A stretch of DNA of 20,000 nt from an uncultured virus (IMG/VR IMGVR_UViG_3300009155_000060) (Duplodnaviria > Heunggongvirae > Uroviricota > Caudoviricetes): IMG/VR virus record IMGVR_UViG_3300009155_000060. One strand, given 5' to 3'. Under the pieces are notes generated by a model that did no database searches, was not told the origin of the DNA, and saw only the letters and a list, made by a program, of their open reading frames with translations. This document shows, one piece after another, positions 9,770 through 17,618 of the stretch; the stretch's first letter is position 1; the number at the start of each line of letters is the position of its first letter. A program made the position numbers and the translations under genes.

Positions 9770-10167
9770 ACACAAAAGTATTTGTTAACGGCACCTTTGA
9801 CATACTGCACATAGGTCATTTAGCACTTCTAGAATATGCATTCAGTCACGGGGAAAAGTTGACAGTTGCCATAGACAGTGATCGTCGTATTCGTGAATTG
9901 AAAGGGATCGATAGACCCATAAACAACCAGCAAGACCGTAAAACCATGTTAGAATGTCTGTATATGGTTGACGAGGTATATGTTTTTGACACCGACGAAG
10001 AATTAGTAGAATTGATCAAACAACACTGTGATATAATGGTCAAAGGCAGTGATTATCAAGGACGACCTATTATAGGTTCAGAATATTGCAAAGAAATAAA
10101 ATTTTATGAACGAATTGAAAAATACTCAACCACAGAAATCATTCAACGTATTGCTAATCGGCGATAG
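9766..10167 (+). CDS. Cytidylyltransferase-family nucleotidyltransferase (HldC / RfaE domain II-like)
   Basis: NGTFDILHIGH (HxGH), DSD..IRELKG.DRPIN, VKGSDY, YSTT. Confidence 0.85.
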   Translation: MNTKVFVNGTFDILHIGHLALLEYAFSHGEKLTVAIDSDRRIRELKGIDRPINNQQDRKTMLECLYMVDEVYVFDTDEELVELIKQHCDIMVKGSDYQGRPIIGSEYCKEIKFYERIEKYSTTEIIQRIANRR

Positions 10168-10876
10168 TTGTATTGATGAATATTTCATAGGTACCTGTGA
10201 CAGACTTAGTCCTGAAGCACCTGTACCTGTTATGAAAATCAACAATCACTATACCACTCAAGGTATGGCTTCTAATGTGAAGAATAATTTTGCTAGTCTG
10301 GGAATAGAGGTTGATTTTATCACTAATGAGTCAGCAATTACCAAGACTAGATATATTGATCAAAGATCGGGGCAACATCTGTTAAGGGTAGATGACGAAC
10401 CTTACCTTCCAGAATGGTCTGGCCATATTACACATCCTTTGACAAATTATGATGTTGTAGTAATTTCAGATTATGACAAAGGTTTTATCACCTACGAACA
10501 CGTAGAAATCATTATCAAAGAATGTCATTGCCCTGTATTCATCGACAGTAAAAAAACTAACCTAGCCAGATTCGAAGGAGCATTTGTAAAAATCAACAAC
10601 AAAGAATTCAGTCTGGCCAAAACATTTTGCTCAAACATAATTACAACCATGGGAGATCAAGGTGCCAGATATAATGGTAAAATTTACCCAGCACCTAAGG
10701 TAGGACTGGTAGATGTCTGCGGAGCGGGAGATACTTTTTTGGCAGCATTGGTATACCAATATCTAATGACTTCTAGCGTAGAAGAAGCTATACTGTTTGC
10801 CAACAAGGCGGGAGCTGTGTCTGTTCAACATCAGGGAAACTACTCCCCTAGACTAGAAGAAATAAATGGATATTGA
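10106..10876 (+). CDS. PfkB-family sugar kinase (HldA / RfaE domain I-like)
   Basis: IGD..IDEY..G.CDRLSPEAPVPV, SDYDKG, DVCGAGDTFLA. Confidence 0.85.
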   Translation: MNELKNTQPQKSFNVLLIGDSCIDEYFIGTCDRLSPEAPVPVMKINNHYTTQGMASNVKNNFASLGIEVDFITNESAITKTRYIDQRSGQHLLRVDDEPYLPEWSGHITHPLTNYDVVVISDYDKGFITYEHVEIIIKECHCPVFIDSKKTNLARFEGAFVKINNKEFSLAKTFCSNIITTMGDQGARYNGKIYPAPKVGLVDVCGAGDTFLAALVYQYLMTSSVEEAILFANKAGAVSVQHQGNYSPRLEEINGY

Positions 10877-11441
10877 TTTAGATTTTGCGGACAGATCAAA
10901 AATACTTGACATTGTTCAGCATGTCCCTGCTTCCAGATTAGAAGATGGTGTTTTTAAAAAACACAATACAGGAGTCTATTGCCATACCATTCCCTACAAC
11001 CCTATTACTGGGCTCAGCAACATTGACTATAAAACGGCAGAAGGTAGAGGATACTTTAAGATAGATTTCCTCAATGTCAGTGTCTACCGAGATGTTAAAG
11101 ACAATCAACACCTTGAACAATTGATGTCAACTGAGCCTTTATGGGATCTATTAGAACAAGACGAATTTGTCGATCTCCTATTTCACGTCAATGGTCATGG
11201 ATCGACTTTACGACAAATGAAACCAAGAAACATAGAACAATTAGCTGCCGTACTGGCTATGATCAGACCAGGAAAAAAACATCTGATCGGTCAAGATTGG
11301 AACAGTGTGATGAAGGAAATTTGGATCAAACCAACGGGTGATGAATACTACTTTAAAAAGGCTCATGCCATCTCCTACGCTATGGTAGTCATGGTACATA
11401 TGAATCTTATCTGCGAGTCACTCAGCTACGAGTATTCTTAA
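10866..11441 (+). CDS. Miniature DNA polymerase III alpha (DnaE, C-family) catalytic fragment
   Basis: Ordered DnaE motifs: DIDLDF, KHNTGVY, YFKIDFLNV, LAAVLAMIRPG, YYFKKAHAISYA; only 191 aa. Confidence 0.8.
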   Translation: MDIDLDFADRSKILDIVQHVPASRLEDGVFKKHNTGVYCHTIPYNPITGLSNIDYKTAEGRGYFKIDFLNVSVYRDVKDNQHLEQLMSTEPLWDLLEQDEFVDLLFHVNGHGSTLRQMKPRNIEQLAAVLAMIRPGKKHLIGQDWNSVMKEIWIKPTGDEYYFKKAHAISYAMVVMVHMNLICESLSYEYS

Positions 11442-11809
11442 AGACCTTTAAGATTTCTAACCAGCTGAATGCTTTTTCTTTTAATTCGTTTTTCAGCAAT
11501 CTCGCTGAGATTAATTGTGGGCCCAAATATAATTTTAGTGTCTTTAGAATTAAAAGTCTTAATGTAAGTACGAAATGCAATCATTTCTTTTTTTAAAAAT
11601 ATATTAATAGGTATTTTACGATTGCTTTCCCACCACCAAACTTCGCCTAGCTCTAATAATAATTTTCTAGTGTCTTCGTCTATGATCATTCCTAGGTCAT
11701 AGATACTGGTCACATATGAATCGGCATTAAGTATGATTCCTACATACTCTTTTTCGTTTGACTTGACGCACGATATAAAGGGAAAGTTAACTTGAAATTG
11801 ATCTTTCAT
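11438..11809 (-). CDS. Hypothetical protein
   Basis: 123-aa ORF with WWWESNRKIPINIFL; TATAAATA on the minus strand at 11850-11857. Confidence 0.75.
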   Translation of the reverse strand: MKDQFQVNFPFISCVKSNEKEYVGIILNADSYVTSIYDLGMIIDEDTRKLLLELGEVWWWESNRKIPINIFLKKEMIAFRTYIKTFNSKDTKIIFGPTINLSEIAEKRIKRKSIQLVRNLKGL

Positions 11810-11820
11810 CCAGGGTTCAA

Positions 11821-11826
11821 TAAATA
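11821..11826 (+). promoter_or_regulatory. TAAATA late-promoter-like box 5 nt upstream of ATG 11832
   Basis: TAAATA-TTAGT-ATG; resembles the T4 late promoter TATAAATA. Confidence 0.6.
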
Positions 11827-11831
11827 TTAGT

Positions 11832-12665
11832 ATGCAAAAATTACCAATCTATTTATATCAGAATATTCTCAATGTAATTTTAGACAGAGATGCCACTGTT
11901 AAGGGAGTTAACCAGGTCATGTATCAACGAGATCTCATTATACAAAAAGGTATTAAAAATCAAGTTAGAATTCAGTTTAAAAATAGCGATGAAAAAAGAA
12001 TTTCTATTTCTACTGCATCGACTTACGTTTTCAGCATGTTTGACGCTATTGATCAAAGATTATTAATTGAAAAACCTTTACAAGTATTACCTGAAACAAC
12101 TAGCACTCGTGGGGTGGCAGTATTGACATTGACAGAAAGTGATACAGTTGATCTAGATAGAACTAGCTATCAATATAGCGTTAAAATGCTAGACAGTGAC
12201 GGTAGTTATTTGCCTGCGTATACTAATACCTATTATGGAGTAGCAGGCACCCTAAGACTCAATCAAGATACCTATCCTGTATTACAGCCCAGTGTTTCTA
12301 TCACAGCATTAACCAAAGCCTTTAATCTAGGTATATCTCTATACGAGCATACTACAGGTAACATCTACGCCCAACCGGAATTTAACGGCAACAGTGCATT
12401 ACATACCATAGCCTTTTATCTCACAGCCTATCGTGGAACCATAATTGTAGAAGGCACCTTGGAAAACACCCCAGGATCAGGTGTAAATTATGCAGTCATC
12501 AGCAGTACACCCTATACAGGGTTCAGCGGAATAGATTATCAAAATTTCAACGGAGTCTATTCTTACATCAGAGTTATACACATTCCAGACCAGGCACCAG
12601 GAGGCATAGACAATGACGATCCTTCCTACTACGGCAGTGTTGACAAAATCTTGTACAGAAGCTAA
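11832..12665 (+). CDS. Probable virion structural protein (beta-rich; N-terminus reminiscent of BppU-type baseplate domains)
   Basis: 277 aa, Thr/Tyr/Gly-rich, late-type promoter box; family assignment tentative. Confidence 0.45.
   Translation: MQKLPIYLYQNILNVILDRDATVKGVNQVMYQRDLIIQKGIKNQVRIQFKNSDEKRISISTASTYVFSMFDAIDQRLLIEKPLQVLPETTSTRGVAVLTLTESDTVDLDRTSYQYSVKMLDSDGSYLPAYTNTYYGVAGTLRLNQDTYPVLQPSVSITALTKAFNLGISLYEHTTGNIYAQPEFNGNSALHTIAFYLTAYRGTIIVEGTLENTPGSGVNYAVISSTPYTGFSGIDYQNFNGVYSYIRVIHIPDQAPGGIDNDDPSYYGSVDKILYRS
11850..11857 (-). promoter_or_regulatory. TATAAATA late promoter probably driving the 11809 gene
   Basis: Exact T4 late consensus on the minus strand, inside the start of the divergent gene. 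Confidence 0.45.
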
Positions 12666-12674
12666 AATAGCTAG

Positions 12675-13658
12675 ATGCAAGGTCTACACACAGCTATTCT
12701 AGCTCTACTTCCGGCTCGCCGTAAAACCACCCCCAGTGGCTGGACGGGGTTTAATGCACCCTGCTGTCATCATCGAGGACATAGCAACGATACCAGACAG
12801 CGTGGAGGAATTTTGCTGACTCCAGAGGGCGGATTTACTTTTCACTGTTTTAACTGCAACTTCAAAGCAGGTTGGAGCCCGGGTAAACTGTTGAGCCAAA
12901 ATACCCGCAGTTTGTTTTCTTGGTTGGGCATGAGTCCACAGGAAATTCAAAAAATCAACTTGACTGCAATGAAGCAGCAGAGCATGGAAAAGACTCTACC
13001 CGGCCTAAATTTTGAACTAGAACAGAGGGCGTTGCCGGGAGATGCTAGACCACTGGCTCAATGGCCCGAGGAAGCAGTAGAATCAATCAAACAGTATATC
13101 CTAGATCGGGGATTAGGGCTAGATTGGTACCCATGGCATTGGACAGACGAAAAAGGCTATGCTGATCGTGTGCTGATACCTTTTTATCACATGGGCAAGA
13201 TTGTGGGCTATACGGCTCGTAAAATTACATCAGGTAAGCCCAAATATCTTACACATAGCCAACCAGGCTATGTGTTCAACATGGATCGACAGACTGACTA
13301 CTATGACAGGCACTATATCATAGTGGTAGAAGGACAAATGGATGCCATAGCCATAGACGGCGTGGCTATAATGAGCAATGATGTCAATGCCACACAGGCA
13401 GCTAGAATTTCTGCAGTCAACAGACAGGTCGTTGTGGTTCCTGATCGAGATCGAGCAGGTGCCAAACTGATCACAGCCGCATTAACTCATGAATGGTCAG
13501 TGAGCTTGCCACCGTGGGGCGACGATGTCAAAGATACAGCAGATGCGGTCAAGAAATATGGTAGACTATATACACTGACCACTATTCTGCACTACCGCGA
13601 AACAAATAAGATAAAAATACAACTGATGAAACGACAATTAGAGAGGCTTGATGAATAA
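12675..13658 (+). CDS. DNA primase (T4 gp61-like; Zn finger + TOPRIM)
   Basis: PCCHHRG...FHCFNC, RVLIPF, GYTAR, PKYL, IVVEGQMDA, PDRDRAG. Confidence 0.88.
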   Translation: MQGLHTAILALLPARRKTTPSGWTGFNAPCCHHRGHSNDTRQRGGILLTPEGGFTFHCFNCNFKAGWSPGKLLSQNTRSLFSWLGMSPQEIQKINLTAMKQQSMEKTLPGLNFELEQRALPGDARPLAQWPEEAVESIKQYILDRGLGLDWYPWHWTDEKGYADRVLIPFYHMGKIVGYTARKITSGKPKYLTHSQPGYVFNMDRQTDYYDRHYIIVVEGQMDAIAIDGVAIMSNDVNATQAARISAVNRQVVVVPDRDRAGAKLITAALTHEWSVSLPPWGDDVKDTADAVKKYGRLYTLTTILHYRETNKIKIQLMKRQLERLDE

Positions 13659-15066
13659 ACCTGACTATAACCTAGAAGTACAAAAACTCTATCTGGAGAT
13701 GTTTCTGTCCGATGCAGAATCATTTGCTCGATGTCAAAACATATTTGATCCGGAAAATTTTGATAGGCGGCTACAGGAGCAGGCCAAGTTCATCAACGAC
13801 TATGTAGACAAGTACAAGGTCATGCCAGACGCGGCCATTATCAATGCAGCCTTAGGCTGCGATCTAAAAACTGAAGTCTTGCCCAAAGAGCACTATGATT
13901 GGCTATTGGACGAATTTGAGCGATTCAGCAGACACAAAGGCCTTGAACGTGCCATTCTCAAATCAGCTGACCTGCTGGAAAGTGGCGAGTATGGTCCTGT
14001 AGAAAAGCTGATCAAAGATGCCATACAGATCAGCTTGAACAAAGACATGGGCACTGACTACTTTGCTGATCCTCGTGGTAGACTGGGTCTGCTCAAAGAC
14101 AGCAACGGACAGATTTCAACTGGCTGGCCCACCGTAGACAAAAAACTCTATGGCGGATTTAATCGAGGTGAGCTCAATATTTTCTGTGCGGCTTCAGGTG
14201 GGGGCAAAAGTCTGTTTCTGGCCAATCTGGGTGTAAACTGGGCCATGGCCGGACTTAATGTCATATACTTGACCTTTGAGCTTAGTGAAGCACTGGTAGC
14301 CATGCGATTAGACAGTATGGTCACTGGCATCTCAACTCGTGAGATTTTTCGCAGCATTGACGAAGTAGAACTCAAAGTTAAGATGGCCGGAAAACGAGCG
14401 GGAAGTGTACAGATCAAGTATATGCCCAGTGGGAAAAATTGCAACGATATTCGTGCCTATTTGAAAGAATATCAGGTCAAAAAAGGTCAAAAACCTGACG
14501 TTTTGTTAATAGATTACTTGGATTTGATGATGCCTTTAAGCGTGAAGGTGTCGCCCAGTGATCTGTTTGTTAAAGACAAATATGTGTCGGAAGAGATTCG
14601 TAACCTAGCAATGGAAACACAGTGTATTACTGTAACGGCCAGTCAGTTGAATCGAAGTGCGGTGGAGGAGATTGAATTTGATCACAGCCACATCAGTGGT
14701 GGACTATCCAAGATCATGACGGCAGACAATGTGATTGGTATCTTTACGTCACGTGCTATGAAAGAGCGAGGACGCTATCAAATACAGTTTATGAAAACTC
14801 GCAGCAGCAGTGGTGTAGGTCAAAAGGTTGATTTGGAGTTCAATGTGGAAACACTGCGTATACTTGATCTAGGAGAGGACGGTGAAACTGCTGCTAGTCC
14901 CAGTCTTCCTACCAGCAGTGTTTATCAAGGCCTAAAACGTACCAGTACAACTACCGCAGAACCAAATCCCACTGTGGGTTCACCGGTGCCTCGAGCTAAA
15001 CCTCAGGCTAAATCGGGTGCTGATATTAGAAACATGCTGGCCAGTCTCAACGCAGAACGAGACTAA
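13651..15066 (+). CDS. Replicative DnaB-like helicase (T4 gp41-like)
   Basis: ISTGW..VD..LYGG, Walker A ASGGGKS, TFELSE, IDYLDLM, TASQLNR, MKTRSS. Confidence 0.92.
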   Translation: MNKPDYNLEVQKLYLEMFLSDAESFARCQNIFDPENFDRRLQEQAKFINDYVDKYKVMPDAAIINAALGCDLKTEVLPKEHYDWLLDEFERFSRHKGLERAILKSADLLESGEYGPVEKLIKDAIQISLNKDMGTDYFADPRGRLGLLKDSNGQISTGWPTVDKKLYGGFNRGELNIFCAASGGGKSLFLANLGVNWAMAGLNVIYLTFELSEALVAMRLDSMVTGISTREIFRSIDEVELKVKMAGKRAGSVQIKYMPSGKNCNDIRAYLKEYQVKKGQKPDVLLIDYLDLMMPLSVKVSPSDLFVKDKYVSEEIRNLAMETQCITVTASQLNRSAVEEIEFDHSHISGGLSKIMTADNVIGIFTSRAMKERGRYQIQFMKTRSSSGVGQKVDLEFNVETLRILDLGEDGETAASPSLPTSSVYQGLKRTSTTTAEPNPTVGSPVPRAKPQAKSGADIRNMLASLNAERD

Positions 15067-15629
15067 AACCAGGAGGCGATCTGCTGTCGTGCATGTGATT
15101 CAATCACATGATGCCACTGCTCTTGGCCGTCTAGACCAAATACCAGGTCAAGGTCTGCAGGCACAGTACTCCAACTATGTGCTAGATCATGCCAAGGGGC
15201 ATCTCCTGATATTTCACCCTCTAGGTGTCCAGGAGGCCATTTTAGGAATCCAGCTATGGCACGATAGTGTTGTGGACCTTCACCTGCTGCAATGGCGGCC
15301 AACACACTGACGTCATTGCTGAGTCCTAGACAGTCGTTAATAGCGGTAGTGGTAGGAGACGTCCAATCTAGGCTGTGCAGCATCATGATACGATTGGTGT
15401 TTTCGCCACCTCCCATGTACAGGGGTTGATCTACATCCAAGGTCAAATCCATGTTGCTCATTACCGAGGCCAGTGTGCTGCCATTGTTCAGCTGTTTGTT
15501 GATCTGTAGACCCAGACTGCCGGTGTGATCTTGATCTATGACCAATACAACTCCGTGACTGAGGAATCCCTTGGCTCGTTTAGGATGTGCGGCCAGTAAA
15601 TGACCCTGATAATTTTCTATGTCTTCCAT
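15063..15629 (-). CDS. YqgE/AlgH (DUF179) family protein
   Basis: GHLLAAHP, GSLGLQINK, LYMGG, LHS, GFLKW.PGHLEGEI, W..VPA..DLVF; start ATG at 15629. Confidence 0.85.
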   Translation of the reverse strand: MEDIENYQGHLLAAHPKRAKGFLSHGVVLVIDQDHTGSLGLQINKQLNNGSTLASVMSNMDLTLDVDQPLYMGGGENTNRIMMLHSLDWTSPTTTAINDCLGLSNDVSVLAAIAAGEGPQHYRAIAGFLKWPPGHLEGEISGDAPWHDLAHSWSTVPADLDLVFGLDGQEQWHHVIESHARQQIASWF

Positions 15630-15634
15630 AATGA

Positions 15635-15652
15635 TATTTACACAAATAAATA
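15635..15652. promoter_or_regulatory. Back-to-back divergent TAAATA boxes in a 29-nt intergenic gap
   Basis: Minus-strand TAAATA (15635-15640)-5 nt-ATG 15629; plus-strand TAAATA (15647-15652)-6 nt-ATG 15659. Confidence 0.65.
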
Positions 15653-15658
15653 CCAATT

Positions 15659-16351
15659 ATGCTGATTCGAGAATTCATTAGCCCGGGCATAGAAGCCCAC
15701 CCCGAACTTAACAGTCTTTTGTGGTCTGATCAAGGTCAGTTAGATCCCATGGTCAGATCTCATTTGATTAAAATTGCCAATCATTTCAAACGATTTGTAG
15801 ATCTAGATTTTGAAGTATTGGACCTGCAGATCACCGGGGGACAGACTGGCCGATATTGGACCAAGCACAGTGACCTAGACCTGCACCTGATCACTGACTA
15901 CTCCAGTATCGACTGCGATCAAGAGCTGGCCGAACTGTTTGACACCAAACGGCTGTTGTACAAGCAGCAGCACAAGATTACCATACGCGGTATCCCGGTG
16001 GAACTTTACGTAGAAGACAGTAGAGAACCTGCCGTGGGCGGAGCCTATAGCCTGATCCGAGACCAATGGGTGCGACCCAGTACAGAACCACGAGGTCCTC
16101 TAGATCTTGATCGTGTGGCACAGTATGCGGCTCGTTGGCAACAGATCATACAGGCCACTACAGCGATCAATGACATTGACCAGGCTCGCAAAGTCATGTC
16201 AGTGTTAAAGGATTATCGTCGCAAGGGCCTGGCTCGTAGCGGTGAATATGGTGTGGCCAATTTGGTGTTCAAGAGCCTACGCAATTCTGGACTAGTAGAT
16301 CAGCTGCGACAGCAGATCACAGATCTAGAAGATGGACAGCTGAGCCTGTAG
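15659..16351 (+). CDS. Pol-beta superfamily nucleotidyltransferase-like protein
   Basis: ITGG-x9-SDLDLH and IPVELYVED give the G[GS]..DxD..E catalytic pattern. Confidence 0.7.
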   Translation: MLIREFISPGIEAHPELNSLLWSDQGQLDPMVRSHLIKIANHFKRFVDLDFEVLDLQITGGQTGRYWTKHSDLDLHLITDYSSIDCDQELAELFDTKRLLYKQQHKITIRGIPVELYVEDSREPAVGGAYSLIRDQWVRPSTEPRGPLDLDRVAQYAARWQQIIQATTAINDIDQARKVMSVLKDYRRKGLARSGEYGVANLVFKSLRNSGLVDQLRQQITDLEDGQLSL

Positions 16352-16885
16352 CTCAGCGGCCGATTCTACCAGCCGTTGAAAATTCTGTTCTAGTTCCTGG
16401 GCCGAAGCCACCACATCACGATTGACCACATGAAAAGCTCTACCGCCCACGGCACGCCACTCGATGCAGTTGGTCAGGCGATCATCGACTAAGATGTCTC
16501 CCGGACGGCAGTGATGTTGTTTGTCATGACTGTAGGGACCAAAATGTACGGCAATGTCAGGAAAATGATCCTGTACCCAAAGAATCTTGTCGTACTGTGC
16601 CCAAGGCATGTCATTGAGCCTGGGAATGGCCGTTAAGAACAGCAGCCGCCAGCCCAATCGATCTCTGTACTGTCGTGCGGTGTTGACCAACTGCCAGCAG
16701 CCCGCCATAGGTGGCAGATCACGATAAAAGCGTTCTATGTCACGAATCTTTGGCCATTCATCGCCCACAAAACTGAAAATTCCATCTTGTGTATAGCCGG
16801 ATAGATCACGTCCTAGGTGCTGTGCGGCCATGGCATCAAAGTCTGCTACCACGCCATCCATGTCAAGATACAGTGTTGGTGTCAT
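16325..16885 (-). CDS. HAD-superfamily 5'(3')-deoxyribonucleotidase-like protein
   Basis: LYLDMDGVVADF, FLTA, K..WV, DILVDDR..N..EW...GG; start at 16885 or 16909. Confidence 0.85.
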   Translation of the reverse strand: MTPTLYLDMDGVVADFDAMAAQHLGRDLSGYTQDGIFSFVGDEWPKIRDIERFYRDLPPMAGCWQLVNTARQYRDRLGWRLLFLTAIPRLNDMPWAQYDKILWVQDHFPDIAVHFGPYSHDKQHHCRPGDILVDDRLTNCIEWRAVGGRAFHVVNRDVVASAQELEQNFQRLVESAAELQAQLSIF

Positions 16886-16920
16886 AAAAATCCCCGTAGT
16901 ATAGACCATTACTTAGCTGT

Positions 16921-16955
16921 AAAAACAAAATGGACCGCGATTAAACGGTCCATTT
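16921..16955 (-). terminator. Rho-independent terminator
   Basis: AAATGGACCG/CGGTCCATTT 10-bp stem (16928-16955) followed by TGTTTTT on the minus strand. Confidence 0.7.
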
Positions 16956-17114
16956 GGCCATATACAGTAGAACTGCTGCTAGTCTAGCTCGACGCAGTCG
17001 ATCCAGCACATGATCAGGAAGATCATCAGCAGCAGAGCCTACAGCAACTTCTGGACGACGATAGCCCGTGTGTAGGTCCAGGTCCTCAACGGTGGTGCCA
17101 TCGTCATCATCATC
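16941..17114 (-). CDS. Possible small acidic protein (WDDDDDGTTVEDLDLH...LYMAKWTV), start codon unclear
   Basis: Protein-like open frame whose stop lies in the terminator loop; no ATG/GTG/TTG near its apparent start. Confidence 0.35.
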   Translation of the reverse strand, partial: DDDDDGTTVEDLDLHTGYRRPEVAVGSAADDLPDHVLDRLRRARLAAVLLYMAKWTV

Positions 17115-17124
17115 CCAACAGAGA

Positions 17125-17364
17125 TTACTTAGCGGCCGGTGCTGTGGTGGCAGCAGGCGTAGCAGCCTTTGCGTCGGCTTTGGCAGGAGCCGCACCTTCA
17201 CTTTTGGCAGGCTTAGCAACGTCATGCTTGTCCTGTTTGGTAACTGCATCAGTTTTGGCAGGTGCAGCAGCGGGTGCAGCGGGAGCGGCCGGTGCCTTGG
17301 CTGGCTCAGCGGCAAAAGCGGTAGCGGCAAATAGACCAGCGATTAGAGTTGCGATTGTTTTCAT
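17125..17364 (-). CDS. Small secreted Ala/Pro/Lys-rich protein with Sec signal peptide
   Basis: MKTIATLIAGLFAATAFA|AEPAK signal with AxA cleavage site; SD AAGGAA; disordered APAK-rich mature part. Confidence 0.85.
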   Translation of the reverse strand: MKTIATLIAGLFAATAFAAEPAKAPAAPAAPAAAPAKTDAVTKQDKHDVAKPAKSEGAAPAKADAKAATPAATTAPAAK

Positions 17365-17461
17365 TTTAGAACTTCCTTTAAGTTTATATTATGCACAGAA
17401 ACTGCTCTGTACATATACTATTAACGCACCTGTTAACAGATCCGTTGACATGTATTTGCCC

Positions 17462-17490
17462 AAAAGAAACCCGCCATTACAGCGGGTTCT
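17462..17490 (-). terminator. Terminator at the 3' end of the tmRNA coding piece
   Basis: Minus strand GAACCCGCTG-TAA-TGGCGGGTTTC-TTTT. Confidence 0.85.
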
Positions 17491-17537
17491 GGTTGGGTTC
17501 GGTGACGAGGTCTTTCCTACCTCGGAGTCGCTGCTGT

Positions 17538-17618
17538 TTAGGCAGCTAGAGCAAACTGCTCATCGTTGGCTACAACGATAGAACTGTTGTTCAAGAACTC
17601 AAGTGTAGATGCTGTTGC
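17538..17618 (-). other. tmRNA tag reading frame ATASTLEFLNNSSIVVANDEQFALAA* (short alternative ANDEQFALAA, 17538-17570)
   Basis: 27 codons in frame including the stop; GCA at 17616-17618 is preceded by UAAAU (U-5/A-4 resume context) just after the PK1-like element. Confidence 0.7.

Noticed and set aside
10866..11441. DnaE pseudogene or frameshifted remnant
   Set aside because: Flanking genes are unrelated and intact, catalytic motifs are selectively retained with internal deletions, and the gene overlaps its upstream neighbour as in an operon.
503..14444. Short antisense and alternate-frame ORFs inside the core replication genes
   Set aside because: Fully nested in well-supported genes, with no motifs or expression signals.
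3091..15066. Inteins or introns in UvsX, UvsW, primase or helicase
   Set aside because: Protein lengths are normal, motifs are contiguous and no splice-junction motifs were seen.
17068..17581. Plus-strand ORFs of 88 and 145 aa
   Set aside because: Antisense shadows of the GC-rich Ala/Pro/Lys gene.
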